DNA from: Candidatus Obscuribacterales bacterium
Lineage (GTDB): Bacteria; Cyanobacteriota; Vampirovibrionia; Obscuribacterales; Obscuribacteraceae
Length of the DNA: 64,000 nucleotides
Direction of reading: 5' to 3'
Assembly (NCBI GenBank): GCA_965228855.1
Contig: CBDDIJ010000002.1
Location: 1,216,001 to 1,280,000 of the forward strand
Of the stretch, positions 1 to 10,438 are shown piece after piece. The notes beneath the pieces are model-generated. The model did no database searches. It saw nothing but the letters and a program-made list of their open reading frames with translations, and was not told the DNA's origin. How positions within the stretch are numbered: the first letter of the stretch is position 1; every line of letters starts with the position of its first letter. The translations under genes and the position numbers were made by a program.

Positions 1-1087
1 GTTTGTAGCCGCTGCTGGGGTGTCTGAGCGTGACCTGGCAGATGCGGCGCAGTTGTCCTCGTTGGCGGATGAGACGCCGGAAGGACGGAGCATCGTCGTT
101 CTGGCGAAGGAGAAATTTCAAATGCGGGAGCGCAATATGCTTCCGCTGCACGCCACCTTCGTGCCGTTTAGCGCTCAAACGCGCATGAGTGGGGTGGACT
201 TCGACGGCAAAGAAATTCGCAAAGGTTCGCTGGACGCGATCAACAAGTACATCGAAGGACTGGGCGCAAAGCTTCCGCAATCTGTACGAGACCAGGCGGA
301 TGAGATTGCCAGGCATGGTGCAACACCGCTGGTGGTGGCGCAAAATGATCGCGTTCTGGGTGTCGTTAAATTGAAGGATATTGTAAAAGGCGGTATCAAG
401 GAGCGATTTGCCGAACTGCGCTCTATGGGAATCAAGACCGTGATGATAACCGGTGATAATCCTCTGACTGCGGCGGCCATCGCCGCGGAGGCGGGAGTTG
501 ATGATTTCCTGGCTCAGGCGACGCCGGAGGACAAGCTGCAGTTGATTCGAGAAACGCAGGCGAATGGCAGATTGGTCGCCATGACCGGAGACGGAACCAA
601 CGATGCCCCGGCTCTTGCTCAGGCAGATGTCGCGGTGGCGATGAATACCGGCACGCAGGCGGCGAAAGAAGCTGGAAATATGGTCGATCTTGATTCCAAC
701 CCTACCAAGCTAATCGAAATTGTTGAGATTGGAAAACAGCTGCTGATGACGCGAGGAGCGCTAACGACTTTCAGTATCGCCAATGATGTAGCCAAATATT
801 TTGCAATTATTCCGGCGGCCTTCGCGAGTACCTTTCCTGTTCTAAACAGCCTCAATGTGATGCATTTAGCCAGCCCTCGCAGTGCAATTTTGTCGGCGGT
901 AATCTTCAACGCCATAATTATTTTGATGTTACTGCCACTTGCTTTGCGAGGCGTTCCCTACAAGCCCGTGGGTGCTGCGGTCTTGCTTCGCGATAACCTG
1001 GTTGTTTACGGAATTGGTGGCTTAGTGGTGCCATTTATCGGCATCAAGATAGTCGACTTGTGTCTTGAAGTTTTGCACCTGGTTTAG
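1..1087 (+). CDS. kdpB: K+-transporting P-type ATPase subunit B (5' end outside window)
   Basis: Motifs [36 protein letters not shown] and [18 protein letters not shown]; followed by kdpC/D/E. Confidence 0.97.
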   Translation, partial: FVAAAGVSERDLADAAQLSSLADETPEGRSIVVLAKEKFQMRERNMLPLHATFVPFSAQTRMSGVDFDGKEIRKGSLDAINKYIEGLGAKLPQSVRDQADEIARHGATPLVVAQNDRVLGVVKLKDIVKGGIKERFAELRSMGIKTVMITGDNPLTAAAIAAEAGVDDFLAQATPEDKLQLIRETQANGRLVAMTGDGTNDAPALAQADVAVAMNTGTQAAKEAGNMVDLDSNPTKLIEIVEIGKQLLMTRGALTTFSIANDVAKYFAIIPAAFASTFPVLNSLNVMHLASPRSAILSAVIFNAIIILMLLPLALRGVPYKPVGAAVLLRDNLVVYGIGGLVVPFIGIKIVDLCLEVLHLV

Positions 1088-1133
1088 TTTTGCCTTGAGT
1101 CGTGACGGTACAATGAGCTTGTGAGTCGAACAT

Positions 1134-1739
1134 ATGAGAGACCTAGTAATCCAATCCCTTCTTCTGTATTTTGTTCTGACAATACTCACCGGAGTAATTT
1201 ATCCCGGAGCTGTCACGATGGTAGCGCAACTCGCATGGCCGCAAGCGGCAAATGGCAGTTTAATCAAAGATGAAACGAGTGGCGGAACGATTGGTTCTTC
1301 CTTGCTCGGTCAGGAGTTTACCTCCGATCAGTACTTCTGGGGGCGTTTGTCTGCGACGACTCCGCCTTATAATGCCGCCGCCTCTTCTGGTTCTAACTTC
1401 GGGCCTTTGAACAATTCTCTTCTCAAGAACGCGCAGACGCGCATTGACGCCTTGAAAGGCGGAGTCAACCAGGCTTCCCGTGTGCCGGTCGATCTGGTAA
1501 CCTGCTCAGGAAGTGGTTTGGATCCGCACATCAGTCCGGCTTCAGCTTTCTTTCAGAGCGAGCGAGTTGCAGCAGCGCGTGGACTGACAAAGCATGAGGT
1601 GGATGAGCTGATTAAACAGAACACGGAGGGCAAGCAATTTGCTATTTTCGGTGAATCCAGGGTCAATGTGCTGCAGCTCAATCTCGCACTGGACCGTCTC
1701 AACCATCCGCCTGATTCGACCCTGATGCCAAACCGATGA
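1134..1739 (+). CDS. kdpC: K+-transporting ATPase subunit C
   Basis: N-terminal TM, QAANGSLI, GQEF..YFWGR.SA, SGSGLDPHIS, VNVLQLNLALD. Confidence 0.96.
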   Translation: MRDLVIQSLLLYFVLTILTGVIYPGAVTMVAQLAWPQAANGSLIKDETSGGTIGSSLLGQEFTSDQYFWGRLSATTPPYNAAASSGSNFGPLNNSLLKNAQTRIDALKGGVNQASRVPVDLVTCSGSGLDPHISPASAFFQSERVAAARGLTKHEVDELIKQNTEGKQFAIFGESRVNVLQLNLALDRLNHPPDSTLMPNR

Positions 1740-4444
1740 TGTCAGACAGTCGACGAGATCCGGACGCTTTTCTCGCTCTTTACAGGGAGGAGCAGGCTCG
1801 TCAGACGCAAGGAAGGCTGAAGATTTTTTTTGGCTATGCTCCGGGTGTCGGCAAGACATATGGGATGCTTGAGGACGCGCGCAAGCTGTTGAATGAAAAC
1901 GTCGATGTTGTTGTCGGCATAGTGGAAACTCATGGCCGAGAGGCAACCAGAGCGCTTCTAGACGATCTTGAGATTATTCCTCCGCGTCTGGTTGAATACA
2001 AAGGCGCGGTCCTTGCAGAGCTAGATATCGATGCTATTTTGACGCGAAAACCGCAAGTCGTTCTAGTAGACGAGGCTGCGCACACGAATGCGCCCGGTTG
2101 CCGACACGAGAAGCGCTGGCAAGATATACAGGAGTTGCTCGCCAACGGAATTGATGTATTCACGACCTTAAACACCCAGCATGTCGAGACTCTCAACGAC
2201 CGTGTCGCTCAAATTACCAATATCGAAGTCAGAGAACGTGTGCCGGATTCTTTCATCGAGGAAGCGTTCGAAATCGAACTCGTTGATCTGCCGGTGGATG
2301 AACTTGTACAGCGGCTGCGCGAAGGCAAAGTTTACATTCACGAGCAAGCGTCCACTGCCCTTGAGCATTTTTTCCGCAAAGGCAATCTGATTGCCCTGCG
2401 CGAGATTGCGCTTCTGTTCGTTGCTCAGCGAGTGGATGCTCAAATGGAGCGTTATCGAGAGGCGCATAGAATCGGCTCTGTCTGGCCGGCAGCCGAGCGC
2501 ATACTCGTATGTGTGAGTCCAAGTCCGCTTTCCGTCAAGCTGGTTCGGGGCGCGAAGCGCATGGCGACGGCGTTGCGCGCGGAGTGGTTGGTTGCATATG
2601 TTCAGACTCCAAGGCAAGCTCACCAGTCTGATGCCGATAAGTCTAGAGTCATTCAAACGCTGAGACTGGCAGAACAACTGGGTGCGGAGATAATCGAGCT
2701 GACCGGCGACAACATCGCTGATGAGTTGATTGGCTGCGCGCGTAAGAATAATGTTTCCAAAATCATTATTGGCAAACCGGCTCTGCCCCGCTGGAAGGAG
2801 CTTCTTTTCGGCTCCGTTGTAGACGACACAATTCGAAAGAGTGGCGCCATTGATGTTTATGTAATCACAGGCGAAGAAGGCATGCCATCGCAGGCAGTGG
2901 CGTTTGCCTGGAAGCGCACCACAAAAAGTTCTCACTACTGGACGGCGACTTTTATCGTAGCTATTTGTAGCGGGTTGGCATACCTGCTGTCGCACTATCT
3001 CGAGCCCACCAATTTGGTCATGATCTACCTGTTGGGAGTATTTTTCGTTGCACTGAGATTAGGGCGTGGTCCGAGTATTCTCGCATCGATTTTAAGTGTT
3101 GCAGTTTTCGACTATTGTTTCGTTCCACCCTTTCTCACATTTGCTGTCAGTGACAGTCAATATGTACTTACCTTTTTCGTCATGTTGATGGTTGCGCTCT
3201 CAATAAGCACTCTGGCTACGCGAGTCAAGCAGCAGGCAGAGTTTTCTTCCTTGAAGGAGCGTCGAACAGCTGCGCTTTACTCTTTGAGCAAGGAACTCGC
3301 ATCTACGGATGATCCAGCCAAACTTCTGCAAATCGGTGCTGACCACCTGGCAGACGTTTTCAGCGCAAAGGTTTCGATTCTGACGCCCGATGAGCAAGGA
3401 CAGCTAGCGATTCCTGATTCTAAGGCAGACGATCGTGCTCTGGAGATTTCCGACCTGGCTTTTGCGCAATGGGTTTTTCATAACAGGCAAATGGCGGGCG
3501 TGGGCACGAATACTTTGCCGGGCGCCGACGCGCTCTATTTGCCCCTTGCCGCAACAGAAAGGACCATTGGAGTAGTAGGTATCAAGCCTGATGCGCTTGA
3601 TAGCTTTTCTAGACCGGAACAGATTCAGCTTTTGCAGACATTCGTCAATCAGCTTGCGCAGGCTTGCGAGAGAGCTTATCTATCGGAAGAGAACAAGCGC
3701 GCCCAGGTTCAAATGAAAACAGAGCAGTTGAGAAGTTCTCTTCTAAGCTCGGTTTCGCATGATCTTCGCACTCCGCTTGCCACCATAACCGGTGCGGCAA
3801 GCAGTATAATGGAAGCGCCTGAAACTCTCAGCATGGAAGCTTGCAAGGAGCGCGCTGCCGAGATTTTTCATGAATCCGTCCGACTCAACAGATTGGTAAT
3901 CAATCTGCTGGAAATGACAAAATTGCAGGCTGGAACGCTCACCGTCAAGCGCGAATGGTGTCCGGTCGATGAGATAGTCGGCGCAGCCGTAAGTTGTATG
4001 GACGACAAGTTGGAGTCTCGCAAACTTGCAATTGAGATTGCCGACCCGGCAATGGTCGTCCCTGTCGACGCGACGCTCGTACAGCAGATGCTCGTCAACT
4101 TGCTCGATAACGCTATAAAATACTCACCGGTCGATTCACCACTAGCAATCAGCGCAAAACGGGTCGGCGAGAATTTGCTAGTATCTGTTTCCGACCGTGG
4201 TCCGGGTATTCCGATTGAGCGCAGAAAGTTGATATTCGAGAAATTCTATAGAGATAATCCCGGAGAGTCTTTCGGCGCCGGCCTCGGTCTGGCGATATGC
4301 AATGGCATAGTGCAAGCCCATGGTGGCGAAATATGGGTTGAAGACAACCCAGGCGGCGGCTCGATTTTTCGCGTCAGTTTGCCGGTTGAATCGGTCGATT
4401 TACCGATGCTGGATCCTCTCAAGTTTACGGAAACATCGCTATGA
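1736..4444 (+). CDS. kdpD: Osmosensitive K+ sensor histidine kinase
   Basis: GRLKIFFGYAPGVGKT Walker A, Usp-like domain, 4 TMs, GAF, H-box SHDLRTPL, intact N/G1/G2 boxes; overlaps the kdpC stop. Confidence 0.96.
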   Translation: MMSDSRRDPDAFLALYREEQARQTQGRLKIFFGYAPGVGKTYGMLEDARKLLNENVDVVVGIVETHGREATRALLDDLEIIPPRLVEYKGAVLAELDIDAILTRKPQVVLVDEAAHTNAPGCRHEKRWQDIQELLANGIDVFTTLNTQHVETLNDRVAQITNIEVRERVPDSFIEEAFEIELVDLPVDELVQRLREGKVYIHEQASTALEHFFRKGNLIALREIALLFVAQRVDAQMERYREAHRIGSVWPAAERILVCVSPSPLSVKLVRGAKRMATALRAEWLVAYVQTPRQAHQSDADKSRVIQTLRLAEQLGAEIIELTGDNIADELIGCARKNNVSKIIIGKPALPRWKELLFGSVVDDTIRKSGAIDVYVITGEEGMPSQAVAFAWKRTTKSSHYWTATFIVAICSGLAYLLSHYLEPTNLVMIYLLGVFFVALRLGRGPSILASILSVAVFDYCFVPPFLTFAVSDSQYVLTFFVMLMVALSISTLATRVKQQAEFSSLKERRTAALYSLSKELASTDDPAKLLQIGADHLADVFSAKVSILTPDEQGQLAIPDSKADDRALEISDLAFAQWVFHNRQMAGVGTNTLPGADALYLPLAATERTIGVVGIKPDALDSFSRPEQIQLLQTFVNQLAQACERAYLSEENKRAQVQMKTEQLRSSLLSSVSHDLRTPLATITGAASSIMEAPETLSMEACKERAAEIFHESVRLNRLVINLLEMTKLQAGTLTVKREWCPVDEIVGAAVSCMDDKLESRKLAIEIADPAMVVPVDATLVQQMLVNLLDNAIKYSPVDSPLAISAKRVGENLLVSVSDRGPGIPIERRKLIFEKFYRDNPGESFGAGLGLAICNGIVQAHGGEIWVEDNPGGGSIFRVSLPVESVDLPMLDPLKFTETSL

Positions 4445-5148
4445 CTCAGCCCGCCAGTAATGCCGCAGTCGTACTCGTAATAGAAGATGAGGCGCCTATT
4501 AGGCGCTTTTTGAAGGTGTCTTTGACAGAGCACGGTTTCGTTTTCAAAGAATCTCTGACGGGTAACGATGGGATTAACAAGGCGGCATTGGAGAGTCCCG
4601 ACTTGATTATTCTCGACCTCGGATTGCCGGACATGGATGGGCTTGAAGTGACCAGGCGCATACGGGAATGGTCGACGGTGCCGATTATAGTGCTGTCGGC
4701 GCGTGGCAGCGACAAGGACAAAGTCAACGTTCTGGACGCCGGTGCGGATGACTATTTGACCAAACCATTTAGCGTTCCTGAACTTCTAGCGCGTGTTCGT
4801 GTCGCCTTGCGCCATGCCGCCATGATCGCTCCGGAGCCGGATGGCGCCATATTCTCAGTCGGAAACATTCGAGTCGATCTGGTCAAGCGGCAGGTTTTCG
4901 TAGGCGATGTCGAGGTTCACCTTACTCCTATCGAGTACCGATTGCTTGTTGCCATGATTCAACATGCAGGAAAAGTGGTTACACACAATCAGCTTCTCCG
5001 CCAGATCTGGGGCGAAGGATATGGCGAAGAAAGCCATTACGTGCGAGTCTTTATGGCGCAGTTGCGGCGAAAAGTTGAAGAAGATCCGGCTAGACCAAAG
5101 TATTTAATTACCGAACCTGGAGTCGGATACAGGCTGAAGGTAGAATGA
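4441..5148 (+). CDS. kdpE: OmpR-family response regulator
   Basis: IEDE, LDLGLPD, GADDYLTKPF receiver motifs; winged-helix end TEPGVGYRL; 4-bp overlap with kdpD. Confidence 0.95.
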   Translation: MTQPASNAAVVLVIEDEAPIRRFLKVSLTEHGFVFKESLTGNDGINKAALESPDLIILDLGLPDMDGLEVTRRIREWSTVPIIVLSARGSDKDKVNVLDAGADDYLTKPFSVPELLARVRVALRHAAMIAPEPDGAIFSVGNIRVDLVKRQVFVGDVEVHLTPIEYRLLVAMIQHAGKVVTHNQLLRQIWGEGYGEESHYVRVFMAQLRRKVEEDPARPKYLITEPGVGYRLKVE

Positions 5149-5178
5149 GTTCGATTATCTGGTTTCGCTTTGCGGACT

Positions 5179-6333
5179 CTATAACTGTTTGGGAATCGCC
5201 GAGTTTGCGATGAAACGTTTATCGCCGTTCGTCACCATCTCAAGTTCCAAAAGCATGCGCTTCATTTTGACGACTTCGGCTAGAAGCTGATCGAGCATAA
5301 CCGTTCTCACGGTTAAGGATGAGATGGTAAGTCCCTTGCGTTGAGATACGCTGGCGGTTATCACGTCGAGTTGTTTCTTTGAGTTTCTATCTGTGAATCC
5401 TGGAATATTTGAATCGGCAATCCATCGATCGATTAGCTGGTCGAGCCGCTTCTTCGAGTTTGGAATGTCGGCCGGGACGCTGTTAAGATAGTCCCAAACC
5501 GACTTTGGATATTCGATCTCGCTGTTAGTCTGGTATTTGAAAATTTTTGCAAGCATGTTTGGTTCGACTTCAGAATCTTTTTTCTTGCCGTTGATGAGTT
5601 TGAAAGTGTACATCGAAGCGGCTGAGGGAACCATTCCGGCTGGAATTCCTACAATGCCCGCAGGGACGTTGTAAATTGCATGTTTATACGTCGGAATCAC
5701 GAATGCTTCTGTCACCGCCCATAGTGCACCGTTGCTGATGAACGCGAATGCGTTGGTTTTAGCAATCGCTTTGTCTCGATCCTCTTTGAACTTTGTGAGA
5801 ATCTCATTGTAGAGTTCTCTTTCGGCGCTAATTTCAGCTATAGTCGCATCAATTTCGAGACCGGTCTTTTGAATAAGCATTCGAGCTCTCTGTCTTGTTT
5901 CGAGCAAATCTTGTTTGTTGGTGAGCGATTCGATTGAAACAATACCGGAGTTTGACGCTGCCTTATCGCTAATCAACTGAATTTGCTCCATCAACGGAGT
6001 CAACCCTATATTGTCGGCGAGCTGCATCGTGTTGGCCGATAGACCGGTGGAGGTGATGACAACGCCGGTTCGTAAGATTTGACTCGGCAACAGTTTGGTA
6101 TTAGCGGTCGACTCTTTGGTACTGCCGGTGGTGCTAGTCGGTGCCGACTGGGCGATTGCTTTCTTCTGATTAAAATTCTGCTTTTGCGGATCAAGCCACG
6201 TATGTGTCATCAGATAATTCGCGCCGACAGTGCTTGAATCTGCCGCCCGTGCCGGCGAACCGAAACACACGAGCGCAGCGGCGAGCAGTCCGGTAAAAAT
6301 AAACTTTGTTTCCATCTCGATTTTGCCTTCCAT
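5179..6333 (-). CDS. Secreted hypothetical protein, paralog 1 of 3 (helical, hydrophobic hairpin)
   Basis: Signal peptide (LLAAALVCFGSPARA); shares SNGALWAV.E...IP.YKH, EPNMLAK.F.Y, I.YP..VW, MKR.LLEL with 6347-7396 and 12068-13165. Confidence 0.85.
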   Translation of the reverse strand: MEGKIEMETKFIFTGLLAAALVCFGSPARAADSSTVGANYLMTHTWLDPQKQNFNQKKAIAQSAPTSTTGSTKESTANTKLLPSQILRTGVVITSTGLSANTMQLADNIGLTPLMEQIQLISDKAASNSGIVSIESLTNKQDLLETRQRARMLIQKTGLEIDATIAEISAERELYNEILTKFKEDRDKAIAKTNAFAFISNGALWAVTEAFVIPTYKHAIYNVPAGIVGIPAGMVPSAASMYTFKLINGKKKDSEVEPNMLAKIFKYQTNSEIEYPKSVWDYLNSVPADIPNSKKRLDQLIDRWIADSNIPGFTDRNSKKQLDVITASVSQRKGLTISSLTVRTVMLDQLLAEVVKMKRMLLELEMVTNGDKRFIANSAIPKQL

Positions 6334-6346
6334 GTCTAACGACTTA

Positions 6347-7396
6347 TCACCGCAACTTCGGCTGCTCGCTGGAGTTTTCCCCGCTGGAGATTAGTTGCTT
6401 CTCGCTTTGCGCGGCCATTGCCAGTTCCAGTAAGAGTCGCTTCATTTTGCCGATCTCGGCTTCGAGCTGTTGAAGCATGACGGTGCGTGCTGTGAGCGTG
6501 CCGATCGACAGTCCTTTGCGTTGGGCGAAACTGGCCGTCAGTACATCAAGTTGCTTCTTCGACTGTCGGTCGGTAAACGCGGGCATATTTGCGTCTGTGA
6601 TCCAGCGGTCGACTATCTGGTCGATTCGCTTTTTGCCATTTGTCTCAGTTGCCGGCACCTGATGGAGGAATTCCCAAACTGTCCGGGGATATTCGATTTC
6701 CGGATTTGTTGGATAGTCGAAGAGTTTAGCCAGCATATTGGGCTCTACTTCCGAGGTCATCTTTTTTCCGTTCATCTGCTTGAACGTGTACATCGAGGCA
6801 ATGGAGGGTACTACACCTGCCGGAATTCCTATGATGCCGGAAGGGATGGCAAACCTAGCGTGCTTGTAGGCGGGAATTGCCAGCGCCTCGCATACCGCCC
6901 AGAGTGCACCATTGGCTATAAATCCGGCCGCATTCGTTCTTGCCACGGCTTTGTCTCTGTCACTCGTAAACGTGTTGAGAATTTCTTGATAAACTTCCTG
7001 CTCCGCGTTTATCTCAGCAATCGTGAAGTCGATTTCCAGGTTGGTGCGCTGGATTATCATTGCGATCTTTTCGTTTAATTCATATAGTTCTTGCCTTGCA
7101 GATAGTAGCTCCAGGCTGTTTTGTTCTCCCATCGTCGAAATTCGCGACCGCAAGTTTTGACTTTGTTCAAGAAGCGGAGTCAACAGGATTGTGTCAGCGA
7201 GCTGCATACTGTTGGGACTGATCCCGGGCGCCGTCAAATTTATACCAGTCTTCAAAATCTGGGTGGGGAATTGCGATGTGTTGGCTCCAGCCTCTCCTTT
7301 GGGCACCTGAGCGATTGCAGGCTGGTTGGTTTCGGCGTGAGCCGCGTGCAAGGACAGGCTCAATAGGATGGAAAAAAGGGCGACTTGACTTTTCAT
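6347..7396 (-). CDS. Secreted hypothetical protein, paralog 2 of 3
   Basis: Signal peptide ending AAHA; same conserved blocks as its neighbour; 13-bp gap to paralog 1. Confidence 0.87.
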   Translation of the reverse strand: MKSQVALFSILLSLSLHAAHAETNQPAIAQVPKGEAGANTSQFPTQILKTGINLTAPGISPNSMQLADTILLTPLLEQSQNLRSRISTMGEQNSLELLSARQELYELNEKIAMIIQRTNLEIDFTIAEINAEQEVYQEILNTFTSDRDKAVARTNAAGFIANGALWAVCEALAIPAYKHARFAIPSGIIGIPAGVVPSIASMYTFKQMNGKKMTSEVEPNMLAKLFDYPTNPEIEYPRTVWEFLHQVPATETNGKKRIDQIVDRWITDANMPAFTDRQSKKQLDVLTASFAQRKGLSIGTLTARTVMLQQLEAEIGKMKRLLLELAMAAQSEKQLISSGENSSEQPKLR

Positions 7397-7717
7397 TGGA
7401 ATCTCTCTTTGACCAGAGACGCAAATGCTATCAGTCGAGAGGTTGTAAAAGGGTCAAGAAACTGGGCTGACCGTATAAAGAAGTCATCAAGAATTTGTTT
7501 TAGCGAGCACCTGTACCGGTTTTTCTCGTGGAGGCTCGGTTGGTATCGTATATGGTGCCGGTTGTGGACGTTGATCTTGAACAGCGACGGTTTGCCGTTC
7601 ACAGTGAGCATTTGCGAGGGTATTGTCCCGTCCCATGAGTCTTATCAGTCGCCCGCCTGAAAAAATGGTACCGACGAAATTCTGGGCATAATGCGCGTGT
7701 CACTAATATTATTAGTT

Positions 7718-9637
7718 ATGTCGGAAACAGAAAAAGCGTTCGGATTCAAAGAGTGGTTTCTTGCTGGTGCCAAGCCAGGAAGCGCCCAGGTGCAGCACCA
7801 GGACGAGTGGTGGCGGGTCATGTGTTTGACCGGGGTCGACTATTTCTCGACTCTGGGATACCAGCCTGGTATCGCCTTTCTTGCTGCCGGTGTTTTGTCG
7901 CCCTTTGCCACGATTATCCTCGTTCTCGTCACACTCTTCGGCGCTTTGCCTACGTATTGCATCGTCGCGCGGGAGAGTCCGCACGGACAGGGAAGCGTGG
8001 CGATGCTCGAGAAGATGCTGCCTGGCTGGATCGGTAAGACGATGGTGCTTGCGCTTCTAGGATTCGCGGCGACGGCGTTCATCATCACTATCACGCTTTC
8101 TGCGGCGGATGCGACCGCTCATATCGTCGAAAACCCGATCATTCCCGAGACCTGGCGGCATCATCGCGTCGAGGTCACGATTGTTTTAATCGCCGCGCTT
8201 GGCGCCCTGTTCTTGAAAGGCTTTCACGAAGCGATTGGCGTCTCTCTCATAATAGTGGTCGCCTATCTCGGTTTAAACGCAATCGTTTTAGGACGATCGG
8301 CGTATGAACTCGCTTTCGTGCAGAGTCATCTGATGGGCGAGTGGTACGCATCGATGTTTAAACAGTACAGTTCGCCGGCGGTTATTTTTGGAATTTCACT
8401 ATTGATGTTTCCCAAACTCGCTTTAGGATTATCCGGGTTTGAAACTGGTGTAGCAGTTTTGCCTCTCGTCAAGGGCGATTCCACAGATACCGAGGAAGAG
8501 CCCACAGGTCGTATTCGCAATGGAAAAAAACTGCTCGTAGCTGCCGGTGCGATTATGAGTTTCTTCCTGATTCCGAGCAGTATCGTGACGACGATGCTGA
8601 TACCGGCCAATGAGTTTCAAGAGGGCGGCGAAGCTAACGGTCGTGCTTTAGCTTATCTTGCCCATGAATATCTCGGTCCGCAATTTGGCACCGTATATGA
8701 TGTCAGTACGATCAGTATTCTATGGTTTGCTGGCGCATCCGCTATCGCCGGTCTATTGAGTTTAGTTCCGAAATACTTGCCGCGATACGGCATGGCGCCG
8801 AGCTGGGCTGCTGCGATTAGACCGCTGGTGGTGTTCTTCGTATCGGTCGCGTTCGGTGTCACCTGCATGTTTAAAGCAGGAGTTGATGAGCAAGCCGGAG
8901 CTTACGCGACAGGCGTTTTAGTACTGATCACATCGGCAGCAATTGCGGCGACTATTTCGATCTGGCCCACAGCGCGCCGCTCTGTCCGGATTTACTTTTC
9001 AGTAATTTGCTTTATATTCGTCTACACCTGCTTCGCAAATATGTCCGAGCGACCGGAAGGAGTTCAGATAGCTTTGTTTTTCATTGCCAGCGTTCTCGTG
9101 GCGAGTGTCTTGTCGAGAGCGATGCGGGCGACCGAGTTGCGCGTGGAGCGTGTGACTTTTGATGACACTGCTCAAGCTTTCTTCCACGAAGCGCTCACTA
9201 CATACATGGGCGAGATTCGAATTCTGGCTCACAAAGCCGGAATGAAAGATTTCCGTGAGGATGAAGCACGTTCGAGATTCGTCCACAGCATTCAGCCTAA
9301 CGAAGGCAATTTTATTTTGCTGGAAGTAAAACTTTCCGATGCGTCCGAGTTTTCCGAGGACTTGCTGGAGGTGACCGGGCACGTCGAGAACGGTTATCGT
9401 ATCCTTAGATGCTCGAATCCGGCTGTTCCTAACGCAATTGCGGCAATTCTACTCGAGATCAGGGATTTAACTCAGAAAATTCCGAACGCCTATTTTACCT
9501 GGACGGAGGGTCACCCTGTGGCTTACGCCATCAAATACATTTTTCTCGGTGAGGGGGAAACAGCTACGCTGACTCGCGAAATCTTGCGAGTGGCAGAGCC
9601 GTATGAAGAACGACGACCGATTATCCACGTCGGTTAG
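7718..9637 (+). CDS. APC-superfamily transporter with soluble C-terminal domain (alternative start 7691)
   Basis: About 12 hydrophobic segments; [21 protein letters not shown] and LSGFETG motifs typical of APC-fold permeases. Confidence 0.8.
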   Translation: MSETEKAFGFKEWFLAGAKPGSAQVQHQDEWWRVMCLTGVDYFSTLGYQPGIAFLAAGVLSPFATIILVLVTLFGALPTYCIVARESPHGQGSVAMLEKMLPGWIGKTMVLALLGFAATAFIITITLSAADATAHIVENPIIPETWRHHRVEVTIVLIAALGALFLKGFHEAIGVSLIIVVAYLGLNAIVLGRSAYELAFVQSHLMGEWYASMFKQYSSPAVIFGISLLMFPKLALGLSGFETGVAVLPLVKGDSTDTEEEPTGRIRNGKKLLVAAGAIMSFFLIPSSIVTTMLIPANEFQEGGEANGRALAYLAHEYLGPQFGTVYDVSTISILWFAGASAIAGLLSLVPKYLPRYGMAPSWAAAIRPLVVFFVSVAFGVTCMFKAGVDEQAGAYATGVLVLITSAAIAATISIWPTARRSVRIYFSVICFIFVYTCFANMSERPEGVQIALFFIASVLVASVLSRAMRATELRVERVTFDDTAQAFFHEALTTYMGEIRILAHKAGMKDFREDEARSRFVHSIQPNEGNFILLEVKLSDASEFSEDLLEVTGHVENGYRILRCSNPAVPNAIAAILLEIRDLTQKIPNAYFTWTEGHPVAYAIKYIFLGEGETATLTREILRVAEPYEERRPIIHVG

Positions 9638-9649
9638 CGAGGTTGAACA

Positions 9650-10423
9650 GTGGCCGAAATTGAGAAAGAAAACCAGGATCCAGACGGAAAACAAAAGCCG
9701 CCGTCCAGTAACGCGAAAAAGAAGAAGGCCAAAACCAAGAGCGATGTTGTCGAAAAGACTTCATCGTCGAAACCAATAGAAGCTGTAATTGTGGAACCCG
9801 ACTCTGCCGAACCTCAAGCAATGGCTCAGGAAGAGACGGCGGCTGACCGTCTGGAGAAACCCAAAATCGAATTGCCTCCACATCCGCCACCGGCGCCGGA
9901 AGTTACAGTGGCGGTCGAAGAAGGGACAATCGTGGAAGTGGTTCAGCGTGAGCATAACCTTTCGCAGACAGCGCCACCATATACGATGCCGAGACCGCAT
10001 CGAGACTGTCCTGACGCCTCACCATGTGAAGATGACCAGCCTGCACCGGAGCCGGCCTATGAGGACGAAGCGCGAAAGGACGTGATCACTTCTGTTCAAA
10101 ACATGTTGAGGCCCCATGAAGGGTTTCTCACGCGCGCACAGTTGGTGCAGGCGTCGCGAGAGTTGCGGCGTGTTACCCCTTATAACTTCGAAGCCTGGCG
10201 CTTGCACGCGGATGTACTTTTGAATGCGCTCAAGCAGCTTGAAACGCGGCAAATACAGCCAGATGAGAATTTCAGAATTTTGACTATTCCATTGCGCGAG
10301 GCCGAAGTTCGAGATGCAGCCGAGGCTGCTTTGAGGCAATGTGCCCATTACGCGGAGAGTGAAGAAAAGCGCATCGCCTTGATTGACGAAGCAAACAGCG
10401 TGCGCCGGAAAACTTGGTTTTAA
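9650..10423 (+). CDS. Protein with disordered Pro/Glu-rich N-terminus and PknG-like C-terminal helical tail; no kinase domain
   Basis: C-terminus ILTIPLREAEVRDAAEAALRQCAHYA...RIALIDEANSVRRKTWF resembles the actinobacterial PknG C-terminus (recalled pattern); GAGG RBS before GTG. Confidence 0.7.
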   Translation: MAEIEKENQDPDGKQKPPSSNAKKKKAKTKSDVVEKTSSSKPIEAVIVEPDSAEPQAMAQEETAADRLEKPKIELPPHPPPAPEVTVAVEEGTIVEVVQREHNLSQTAPPYTMPRPHRDCPDASPCEDDQPAPEPAYEDEARKDVITSVQNMLRPHEGFLTRAQLVQASRELRRVTPYNFEAWRLHADVLLNALKQLETRQIQPDENFRILTIPLREAEVRDAAEAALRQCAHYAESEEKRIALIDEANSVRRKTWF

Positions 10424-10438
10424 CAGGGGTGAAGAACC

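Noticed and set aside
7500..7717. Possible c-di-AMP (ydaO) riboswitch upstream of the APC permease
   Set aside because: I could not find the characteristic conserved segments by eye; an Infernal scan would settle it.
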